DNA from: Balanoglossus misakiensis
Taxonomy: Eukaryota > Animalia > Hemichordata
DNA: 64,000 nucleotides
Direction: 5' to 3'
Assembly (NCBI GenBank): GCA_040954595.2
Contig: CM082579.2
Span: 5,328,879 to 5,392,878, forward strand
Shown: positions 24,501 through 37,444 of the stretch, in pieces
Layout of the letters: every line of letters begins with the position of its first letter
Numbering within the stretch: position 1 is the first letter of the stretch
Position numbers and translations under genes: made by a program
Notes under the pieces: generated by a model
What the model was told of the DNA's origin: nothing
The model's input: the letters and a program-made list of their open reading frames with translations, nothing else
The model's database searches: none

Positions 24501-26382
24501 TCGAGAAGAAGACCGAATATAAGCATGCTTTATGACAGAATAGAGTGTAACCGTTCAGCCACAGCGGTGATCTTCATAGAGAACCAACCAGCATCAGGAA
24601 CCTTTCTACTTACTTCACTCGGTGTATGGCCCTCTTTGTTCTTTGCCAGTTTGTCCACACCCGGGTAGGACAAAAGCACTTCAACGACGTCGATGTGACC
24701 AAACTTGCATGCGAAATGCAGAGGTGTCTCGCAGTTCTGAGAAAAAAAATACACACAACAAAGATCAGTGAAGTGGAGTTACAAATAGAGATGCACTACA
24801 GTTCCCTTAAACATTTTCTGTCCCGAGGCATATCGAGTCACTTACCCCTTTTGTGGGTTCATCCGGCACATTGAGGTACAGATCCATCACGTACTCCATC
24901 CTCTGGCTGTGGGTGTTACTGTCATCATCCGGATACATCACATACAAGAACTTGGAATCCGCGATGGTGTCCAATATCAACCGGCACATCTCAGCTTGGT
25001 CGGCCTTGGCTGCCACGTGCAGTGCGTTGTAACGGAACCCCACCTGCAGTCACAGAGATACTGAGTCAGTCATACACACATCTTGGATGATGACATCACA
25101 ACAAATGGCATTATTGATGTAACAATCAACTGCACAATGAGATCACCCACATACCAACAACAGCTCTGTTTCACTCTTGAAAAATCCTTAATACATCATT
25201 CTCTGTATGTGGGCCTGATCAGTCCAACAACTTAATACTTACTTGTAGGATAACTGGCGAATCACCTGAGCTCACCAAGTACCTTGGGTTACTCCACACA
25301 AGTTCAGTGAACTTTTCTTTATTGCCACTTTCTATAGCTTTCCTCAGCTGTACCAACTCTTGCATTTTTGGAGCCTGAAGAAACAAAAAATCAATGACAC
25401 TCACAGACTATAATTCGTCGACTGCTTTGCTGAATTGAATGAATGGTTTGGCTAAATGTTTTCAACCAATGGAGGCAAACCCCACGTAAATTAGCCCTCA
25501 GACCTGGCTTCTAAGAATACTGGATCCAGACCTGATAGGGTTTTGGTAATGGACTGTATTTTATTACATGACGATACCTTGAACTCATTTGCTTTCTCAC
25601 TGACTGGGGCTTGTAAAGGAGATTTGTCAGTATCTGCAGATGACACCACAACACTTTTAGAGAAATTCTCAGCATCTTCCTTGACTCTGAAGGCCTTGAA
25701 ACGAGATCCTTTGTTTTTCTTCACAACTTGTAAGGCTTCCTCCTTCAAGGTGTACACATGCAGCGAACCTGATGAAGAAAATTAGCTTTAGAGAGTTTTT
25801 TTCTTCTGTCAGTGGTTCACATGTTAACAGTTTATATGGCCATAGCTCTGCATGCATCGCAGAGCTGTGTACTGTTACCAGGTTACCAGCTGTGAGTGAA
25901 GACATAACATACATCACAGTCCCTCTATCACTGGAAAACAAACTATTAATTCTCTTACCATCGTTATTTGGACCATCGATGTCATCCACAGACTGTCTAT
26001 GCAGACAAACTGCATAGTATATAACAGGGACGCTGTCTCCAGCCTTTTCTTCTATGGAAGTCTTCCTGTGTTCACTTTCACAACATCTTTTAGCAACTTC
26101 ACTTCCGGGTTGGTGACTGGACGACCGATCGGTTGAAGATTCATGAAACTTGGTCGTTACATGGCCGTCTCGTTCGGTGTGACAATCACCGTCGGTGCTA
26201 TCCTTCTGTGGAGATTCTTCCTCAACGCCTCCCCTTGATCGAAAGATATATTTTGCGAGCCTTCGTTCAAACGTCGGTCTGGTGGATGGAAGGATGGGAC
26301 CAGATGGTTGCTTCGCTTCTCGCAGTTGCTTTTGTAGTTCGCGAACGCTGAGTTTTGATATTTCGTTAAGAATATCTTCCAT
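21545..26382 (-). CDS. ANKLE2: Ankyrin repeat and LEM domain-containing protein 2 (LEM4)
   Basis: N-terminal LEM domain (KLSVRELQKQLREAKQPSGPILPSTRPTFERRLAKY), Caulimovirus-viroplasmin-like segment (VYTLKEEALQVVKKNKGSRFKAF), VWSNPRYLVSSGDSPVILQ, RYNALHVAA, ETPLHFACKFGH ankyrins, DSDKGLERHGR, WMEFWDFLG..NLSTPEGLSLLEKYL, C-terminal VFITG..SWPSP. About 12 exons, stop TAA at 21545-21547. Confidence 0.95.
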
Positions 26383-26794
26383 CGTGTCTCATCTTTGGTC
26401 TGTTGTGAGAACTAACTAAATCGAGTAAATAAAACGATAGACGTACCGTCGTGACCGTGGTACAACTACAGTAAGTTACAGAAATTGAAAATGGCGGTGA
26501 TTGGTTTATCGTATGCACGCATGCGCCCTTGTCGAAACTTCCCAGGAAAATATTTTTACCCAGAATACTGTACGGCAGTCGTGTGAAGTGGATGATGTAC
26601 ATCGCGAAAGCCACACTCCATAAAATTCTGCAGTAGCCCTGAAACGATAGTTGTTGATAGCTATGAACGAGACAGAATGTTTCGTACTTTACCCTTGGCC
26701 AAATACCAAGTTAAGATTTGATTTAAATCATGAACGGCGAGAAAACGCAGAAGATGACAACTGCTCCGCAGCATCGTCTGGTTCATTGCAAGTG
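26383..26794. promoter_or_regulatory. Bidirectional promoter, ANKLE2 / zinc-finger gene
   Basis: Head-to-head starts about 0.3-0.4 kb apart, CpG-rich, YY1-like AAAATGGCGG at about 26487, NRF1-like TGCACGCATGCGC at about 26514. Confidence 0.55.
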
Positions 26795-28215
26795 ATGGAA
26801 CATCATGAACAAGACTTGTCGACTTTTGGCCGAAAGGGTAGGTTTTAATGTGTTTGACATTTGCGTAAGGCTGTCTAGCTCTGAGTGCAGCTAGTTCACT
26901 GTAATAGGTACATGTTTTCAGAGCATCACCTCTCTGTTGCAGATTGTAACAGCATCTGGGATGCAGCCATCAAATCAAAGGATACTGACCAACTACTGCA
27001 GTTCTTTGAAATATGCAGCCAGGAGATGGTGGGGAGACTGAGAAACTCAACACCTACATGCACAGGTAACACTAGCTTTTATGCTTCAGTTTGGGGAAAG
27101 AAAATGAAATAAAAAGAATAATTACTAATTTCTCTCATAACTTTCTGTTTAAAACTGCAGCCAAAACCGTTTTCCCCTTTGTCACTTCCTCAGATAAAGT
27201 TGCTCTCCTGAACTTCCTCTTTGTGATTGGTGTTGTGAAAAGGATGGAACTTTCTCCTGATGCGGATGAACCGAACGAGATGAATGATGAGGATGTCAGT
27301 GCTGATGATTTTGAGGAGGATGCTGGAAACAACACAGACGATGCAACAGACAGTGATTCAGATTGTGGAGTTGATGATGATACTAGCAGTAAGGCACTGG
27401 AAGAATCATCTCCAAGTTCTACAAAAGCTGAACCTGAAGAAACCAAGGAAAGTCAAGAAATTTCAAAGGACAGCAATATCATAAGCATGATACAGGAGAA
27501 CATTTCTGTTGATGAACCTTACCAAGGAAATGGAGAAGTTGAAGACGCCAAAACTGGTCAGAAGATGACGAGAAAAAGGACAGCATGCACCAAGCGCAAA
27601 TCTCAGAGTGGCCTAAAAGTTGAATGCGAATCGTGCGGCAAAAGTCTGCACCCGTCGAACTTCACCAGGCACATGAGAATTCACAGCGGAGAGAGACCGT
27701 TCCATTGTAAGATGTGCCCGAAAACCCTGAAGACCAAAAGCGACCTGGAGTACCACACGAAGACGCACACGGGGGAACGACCTTTCCAGTGCAAGGAGTG
27801 CGGGATGTGCTTCGCGGCCAAGGGGAGCGCCAAAAGACACTTGCGGACTCACACGGGGGAGAAACCTTTCCTCTGCGAAGAGTGCGGCCGGGCGTTCACT
27901 CAGAAGCACAACTTCAAAGAGCACCTGCGCATCCATACTGGAGAGAAACCCTTTGAGTGCGACCTCTGCGGCAAGCGCTGCAGCCGCCAGAAGGACCTGG
28001 TGCACCACAAAAGGACGCACACCGGGGAGAAACCTTATATTTGCGAGAAGTGCGGTCGGGGGTTCACGCAGACGAGTAAACTAGCCAAGCATTTAAGGAC
28101 GCACGCAAGACAGTTGTTGCATGGAACAAGCTCAAGGGGTGGGAAAAGGGGGAGAAAAAGAAAGGCATCGTCTATGGACATCATTGATAGCCTGATTCAA
28201 CAAGCAAATATGTAG
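26795..28215 (+). CDS. C2H2 zinc-finger protein, acidic N-terminal region plus 6 tandem Kruppel-type fingers
   Basis: Proposed exons 26795-26837 (MEHHEQDLSTFGRK; alternative in-frame ATG at 26663), 26943-27065, 27161-28215. Six fingers with TGEKP/TGERP-type linkers, basic NLS-like tail GGKRGRKRK. Start codon uncertain. Confidence 0.85.
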
Positions 28216-28772
28216 CTCCCTGTTGACGTATTTTCAGTGGTATCTCAGTGCTTTAATTATGCACCTAGTGATAGACTAATAAGAGTAAGACAATGTAACC
28301 AAAGGTCATTGTTGAATTATTACTCTGGATGTAGATTAATAAAAAATTTCAGCAACACTCACATAGTATTTATTTGTAATTTATTTGTATTTAACAGCTG
28401 AGCTGGTCATTTGCACAGACAGTATTTATACATGTAAAAATGGAATTCATACATGTCAGTGTAATGTTCAGTGCCATTGATAATGTGAATGATTTTAATT
28501 TTTATTTAAGTCTACAATAAAATCCTTACATGTATTAAACTTTTGTGTGTGTGAATATTATAATATCACAGCATTGCGCCCTCTCACGGTTGAATTTGGA
28601 TGCATTACTTCCGGGGTAAACATGGCCGAATGAGGCGAGTGAGTGGTCTGTAACTCGAGCCGATTGCACAGATTCTGGGCGAAATTAGACATTATGCAAA
28701 GATCAAGCTCTGCCCAAACTGAAATCGAGATGAATTGATGATCGACACCGCCTTACTGAATGCTGAAGTATA

Positions 28773-31145
<2,373 letters not shown>

Positions 31146-33070
31146 TCAGAGAATCGCATCAGTCTTGGCAACAATGGAAACATGGACGCTATGCAAGGAG
31201 CAGTGGTCATATCTCATGAGAATTTCAACCAACAATTCTCATTGTGCTTGATAATAACACTACTAATATACAACTTACAGAGAGTGGAAAGCTTTGAAAG
31301 AAATCATTATTTCTTGCTGACTTAAAATCAGCTCATTTGTGAAACATAGTAGAATGCTGCCCATTGGCTGAATGGAACTCTTGTAACCAAATTATCTGCG
31401 TATTGACCAATCATTTTGCATCTTTCTTGGACTGCAGCTTAGATATCACAAACGGTAAATTTTGTAGAAAATGACAACCAGCCTAGGATCTGTAGTAGTC
31501 ACATAATTTTCAGGATCACTTTCAAACTTCAAAGAATCCAGTTTCCAGTACCTATCAGTTCTTCCTCTAAAATCCCATAGTTTTCAAATGATTAACATTA
31601 ATCTAACTATATCTATATTTTACCAATTTACATTAGAACAGTAAGAGAGAATAAATAGCTTTCCTGATGGAAGTAATATTTCCTACATGCGTGTATGAGC
31701 ACAATCAATTTAATCCTGAATGCCAGGGAACTAATTAAGACTATGAACTTTCCCCAGTACTGGAATACCTTTGCTTTGCGTTAAATTATTTCCATGTGTG
31801 TAGTAATGCAATTATGCACTGTCATATGCAACTTAAAAAAAAATTGGTTGTCATCTGCCTTTTATGCTGAAATGTGCATCTTTGAAAAAAAAAGAGGCTG
31901 AATTTTCATACAGGGCATTTTGAGGTCATGACCTCATAACCGATGGTAATTTGTTTTGCACACTTAGAATTTACATATTTACTGAATTGTTTAGTTTATA
32001 TCAGGGCATAACCATGACAAAATAACGGGAAAAAATTCAGTATTTCTGTTTAGATGTTAAAGTTTATAGTTTTTATTTCTATTCAGAAAAATGCCTCCCA
32101 CTTGTCGTACCTCACCTCCTACAGTTTACACACATATTTTTTTGGTATAAAATAAACAACAGCATAACTACCTCTCTGTACATCCCTCTATACAAAGTGA
32201 ATTTATCCCACACTGCTGAAACATTGGTGCTTGTTCAGAACCAGTAAATGAACACTTGTCAAAACTATCCTGTTAAGTTTTTATTTTCTCCTTGATTTGT
32301 AAATTATATTTTGAAAGATCTGTATGTTTTGAGATTCAAACTCTGGGTAATATATCGGTGGGATGGAATTTGTTTCTAACTTCGTGTGGTAAAGCTGTGT
32401 ACTGCAATGAAAGAAGCTGGTGAGCTGATATTTAGAACCAGACAATCTGAAATGAAATATTTTTGAGTGAGGAAATGTCTTTTGACCGTGTACAACTTGT
32501 GATGATGTCAGCTTCAGATTCAGATTTGTTGCCGTCATCAACAGTCATTATACAGTCTCAATGCTGCAGACTTTGTGAAAGCCATTATGTGTTTAATATT
32601 TACTGGTATGTTCCCTGTCATTGTTTTATAACCAGCTGATACTTGTTCCCCAGGAAGCATGTTCATACATAGGAAATTTTTGCCTGACAGTAAAATCATG
32701 AAAAAAAAGCACAGAGTTCCATACCGTGGGGCTTTTTAAAATACATGTAGTGTTTGAAATGTGTTTTAATTTATTTTAACTGAAAATGTGTCCCACAGTA
32801 ACCTTTAGGCTGATATCATAGTGGTACTGCATTTTATGGACATATGTGTGACTGAAGTTTGTGAAGACTTTTTAAACAAATCCTTGCAAAGTAAACATTG
32901 CAGGAATGAAATGGAACGCTGTTATTCTTAATGCAGCTTATGATGGGCTCATAGACATTTATAAAGTCAACATGTATCCTTACTCCATTTGATAAATAAA
33001 ATTTTCAAAGTGTAAAATTTGTTATTTGTGTTGCATGTTTCTGTGTTGGCTCTGTGGGGTCTGTTCTAAT

Positions 33071-33423
33071 TGACCAATCACAAGTCCTGTGGTCTACCTG
33101 TTTTGGTTGTGCGGATAATAACTGACCAATCAGTATTGTCGGGTCGAAATTAATAATTAATTAACCAAACAGGACAGTGAGCGACCTCGATTGCATGTAT
33201 GCTATCCGAAGTGTTTGTGCACACTGAAATTAATATTTTAGCTGATGCAGAAATTCTGTGAACCAGCTGTTCCGGAATCGTAAATGTCGGTGACGTCACC
33301 CAACTTTATGCGTAAACTTGTTTGACCTTTGTGCCTTTGTATATTTCCATTGAGCGCATGCGTACTGAAAGACCGCGAAATTTCAGCATTTACGTAGATA
33401 ACTGGCTACCGGTTTGGCGAAAA
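33071..33423 (+). promoter_or_regulatory. RFC3 cell-cycle-type promoter
   Basis: Two TGACCAATCA CCAAT boxes (cores at 33074, 33126), CRE TGACGTCA 33291-33298, NRF1-like GCGCATGCG 33354-33362, E2F-like CGCGAAA 33374-33380 and TTGGCGAAAA 33414-33423. Confidence 0.6.
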
Positions 33424-33453
33424 CTCGGTGTTTTTAAACATAATATCGACAGT

Positions 33454-36400
33454 ATGAGCTTGTGGGTGGATAAGTATAGACCGACAACGCTCGGGAAGCT
33501 CGATTATCACAAAGAACAGGCTACAAATCTCAAGAAACTCGTAAGTTACACTATGTTCATATCATTGATCCGATGATCGGCCATTTTGCTCTGAGTTTGT
33601 GTATATAACTGTATTTGTTATTATTCTGTCCGATGTCAGAAATTTGTCGTGTTGAGGCTACAGTACAGCCTACATAGCCCAGCCAAAAGAGTTAGCTCGT
33701 ATAACTCAAAAAATACATGTAAACTGATTCCTGAATGTCTTGTTTTCACAGGTGCAATGTGGTGATTTTCCACATTTACTGGTATATGGACCATCAGGTG
33801 CCGGAAAGAAGACACGGATAATGTGTCTTCTCAGGGAACTGTATGGAGCTGGCGTGGAGAAACTACGAATGGAACATCAGTCATTTACAGTGGGTTTGGG
33901 AATAGTTTCGGTTTTTCTTCTTTAGCTTCCTCGCAATAAAAGGATGCAATCATTATACTTATTAACTGAAGATGACATGATTATGATATTCCACCTATCT
34001 TGTTGGGCATATCCCATATTATAATATACCTCATGCTAATACTGTGCCGTGATTCGCCAGAATCCGTCACGTGATAGGAAAATAGAATCGACTATGAACC
34101 GCTAGGGAAATAGCAGAAAAAATATAAACCGGTCACGTGACCAGCGTGAGTGCGCAGACTCGGTCACGTCAATCACGGTCGCGTCGTCTGACACAATGGC
34201 CACCGCGGAAGATGTCGTCTGCCAACCTCAAGAGAAAATTGCAAGATTTTCCCAACTGTTAGCATGAGGTTTATTATAAAACACCTATAGCCTGGCCTAT
34301 ATTCGGGCCATAGCAGCCGTTTTTACCCCCTCGTGACTGTGAGTTACCAGAATCATATGCTATTTCCCTCGGCCTGCGGCCTCGGGAAATAGCATATGAT
34401 TCTGGTAACTCACAGCCCCTCGGGTGTAATAAACGGCCGCTATGGCCCTCATGGCCAGGCAATAGGTGTTCATTATGATGAGAGTATCAGACTGAAAGTT
34501 GTGTGAGGAAACTTTGTCACCTCTGACCTGAACTACACATAACATATTGCCTTGTCTCTCTCACAGACCCCTTCCAAGCGTAAAATTGAAATCACAACTA
34601 TTGCCAGTAACTACCACATTGAAGTCAATCCAAGGTAAAGTGAATGTTTCCCACAACTGGCCACTGTTTTGCCTAGAAGTGTTGAAAATGAATGTCCATA
34701 CCATAGACCCTCTAAGATATCTCGAAAATGTTAGCAGTCTGATCACTTTATAGTGTAATGGTTTGTCTCTCAGTGATGCAGGATTCCAGGACAGAGTGGT
34801 GGTTCAAGAACTTCTGAAGACAGTGGCTCAAACAAACCAGTTGGAGTCATCATCACAGAGAGAATTCAAAGGTATGTTGCTCAAACAGGCATGTCTGTCA
34901 TATAAAGTGAGCATTGCTTGATCAAACCACAACCTGTATAATGTAGATTGAGACTGCTTGATCTCAGAACTCTAAATTTCCACACAGAACCCTGTACATG
35001 GCGCTGGCATGTGTGTGAACATGTGTGTCAAAATTAAAAGATTTAAAGATAGTCAGAATTGCAATATGATGAGCTGTAATTATGAAATGTCTTTATTTCT
35101 CAGTCGTGGTTCTGACTGAAGTGGACCGCCTCACAAAAGATGCCCAGCATGCTTTGCGTCGCACTATGGAGAAGTACATGTCAACGTGTCGAATAATTCT
35201 TTGCTGTAACTCCACCAGTAAGGTCATTCCAGCCATTAGGAGTCGATGTCTGGGTATTCGGGTAGCAGCGCCCTCAACAGAAGAGGTACTGTAAAGTGTA
35301 GGTTTTTTTTTAAACTGGAAAATGACCAACAATTCATTCTACTAGACCCATAAAGGGACAAATTTGCCAATGTTTTTTTTTTTGCGTGAAGTCCACCAAG
35401 AATCAGAGTTTATTCTTAACTTGTCTACATACACACTCATGGCTGGTATTGCAATTCCCTCTAGGTGTGTCAGATTCTCAACATGGTGTGTAAGAAGGAA
35501 GGACTCAACTTACCGAGTCAGCTCGGCAAGAAGATCGCAGAGAAATCTGGACGCAATCTCCGGAAAGCCTTGCTGATGTGCGAAGCATGTAAAGTTCAGC
35601 AGTAAGTGTGTGATGTGCCTATTTTGGAATGGATTTGTGATGGTGGTTTACCTTCTCTGAGCTAGGTTCAAGGGTTAACTCTTGCAGTCCTAAGTTCCTG
35701 GTGCATACCTATTACCCAAACTCAAAACATTTCCGTCAATATCTAGGAACAAGTTTACAAGTGCCTAACTCTTCCTTTTGCAGGTACCCATTCAGCCCAG
35801 ACCAGGAAGTGACAGAAACTGACTGGGAGGTTTTCCTGAGAGAAACAGCCGATGCTATTGTACAGCAGCAGACACCCAAAAGGTTTGTTAAGTCTTCCTA
35901 TATTGTTCCATATTGTGATGTTTAGTACACATGGCCAAAAAATAACTTCCTGTGTTTGTTTTTTGTTGGTCAGACTTCTTGAAGTCCGAGGAAGACTGTA
36001 TGAACTTTTGACTCATTGCATTCCCCCAGATGTCATCATGAAGGTGAGTTTGTGATCAGCATTCACTGCTGTGTGAACTGGGAGTTTGTCATAGTTAACC
36101 CATCTGGTGGAAGAGGGTGTCCATTCTGAATCTGATGAAGAGAACGACTCATAGACTTGACTTTGCCGCCAGTTGTCCAATCATGATACAGTAACATTAT
36201 CACATCTGGAGAACATACTTTCCACATTCACTCAGGGATATGCAAGTCACTCACATTTTTGTCACACAGACACATCCACACAGTGCCCTCTTGTTCAACT
36301 TTCAACAACCACACTTTCCTCTTTGCAGGGTTTACTTGCCGAGTTAGTCCTCAACTGTGACGGCCAGCTGAAGGCAGAAGTCACTCAAATGGCGGCATTC

Positions 36401-36520
36401 TATGAACACAGGGTTCAGCAAGGATCCAAATCCATCTACCACATGGAAGCATTTGTCGCCAAATTCATGAGCATTTATAAGAGATTTATGGAAGAAGGCA
36501 TGGCGGCTATGGACTTCTAA
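33454..36520 (+). CDS. RFC3: Replication factor C subunit 3 (clamp loader, 38 kDa)
   Basis: Exons 33454-33540 ([10 protein letters not shown]), 33752-33889 ([16 protein letters not shown]), 34567-34634, 34774-34871, 35104-35285 ([25 protein letters not shown]), 35465-35601, 35784-35882, 35974-36043, 36329-36520 ([23 protein letters not shown]). Confidence 0.97.
34020..34476. mobile_element. Non-autonomous double-hairpin element in RFC3 intron 2
   Basis: First IR pair 34020-34039 / 34259-34278 (19/20 match), followed directly by a ~200-nt hairpin 34276-34476 with a 32-bp perfect inner stem (34337-34368 / 34384-34415) and GGCCTGCGGCC in the loop. Confidence 0.8.
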
Positions 36521-37444
36521 TAAATAAAATGTCCAGGTTTCTCAACTTTGCGACTTTTTTGTCTTTGAAAAATATTAACAGCTGTGATTGTAATTTAAAG
36601 TTGAATTTCATTGTATCTGCTTACATACAATTTGTCATCTAGAAGGTATGATTTTATTACATGTATTTGTAAAATGCCAGTAAACTGTTCTCGTACAAAA
36701 ACTGATACCCGAGTCTTTCTTGTTGTAATCTCGTAATGTTCAGTGAGGCCCGTGTTCTGTGTGATTTTTCTTGAGAATAGAAAAATCAAAAGACCCCAAG
36801 CACACTTGATCAGTCGAAAGTTATTTATTTTGTAAAAAATGAGTAATGAAAAATACCTCCATAATATAATTTCATGAAAATCATATAAAATGCCCCATTC
36901 TGTCATAAATGACAAAATCTGGCATATGCCTATATTGAATCCACACACATAATCCACGCAATTGTGGGGATTCACTTAAAATGCACCACAAAATCACCAT
37001 ATCCCAAGTTTTGGAGTTACAATACCACTATAACCCACAGAATTTTGAGTTATAGCATTTAAAATTTGTTCTCCAGCTTTTAGAGGGTGAAGGTTTTACC
37101 ATTGATAGTGATGATTAAACCATTGAAACCATATATGGCTTCAAAGTCGGGTATTTGTTGTAAATGCCCAGAAGCATTCATCCACATTCAGGTGACTAAA
37201 ATGTGGCAAAGTATATATTTGTCCTGTTATCACATGACTTACACCGCATCTTATTTCTGTACTGAGAACACTAGTAGTCTGTCTGCATGTGATATTTTAC
37301 TCCAGAGAAGGCCCATTGAAATGTATCTTGATTTCATTACAACATCATGGTGTTGTAGTCATGGCAGACAGGTCACAACATCAAGCAGTTAAAAGTTCAC
37401 ACAGGCAGCCACCACTAGTGATAGCGCCCTCACTCGACTCAGCT

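Noticed and set aside
25680-25767. Caulimovirus-like domain as a viral insertion
   Set aside because: It is a known normal domain of ANKLE2 and sits in an ordinary spliced exon.
27613-28020. Antisense and alternative-frame ORFs over the zinc fingers
   Set aside because: By-product of GC-rich codon usage in the finger repeats.
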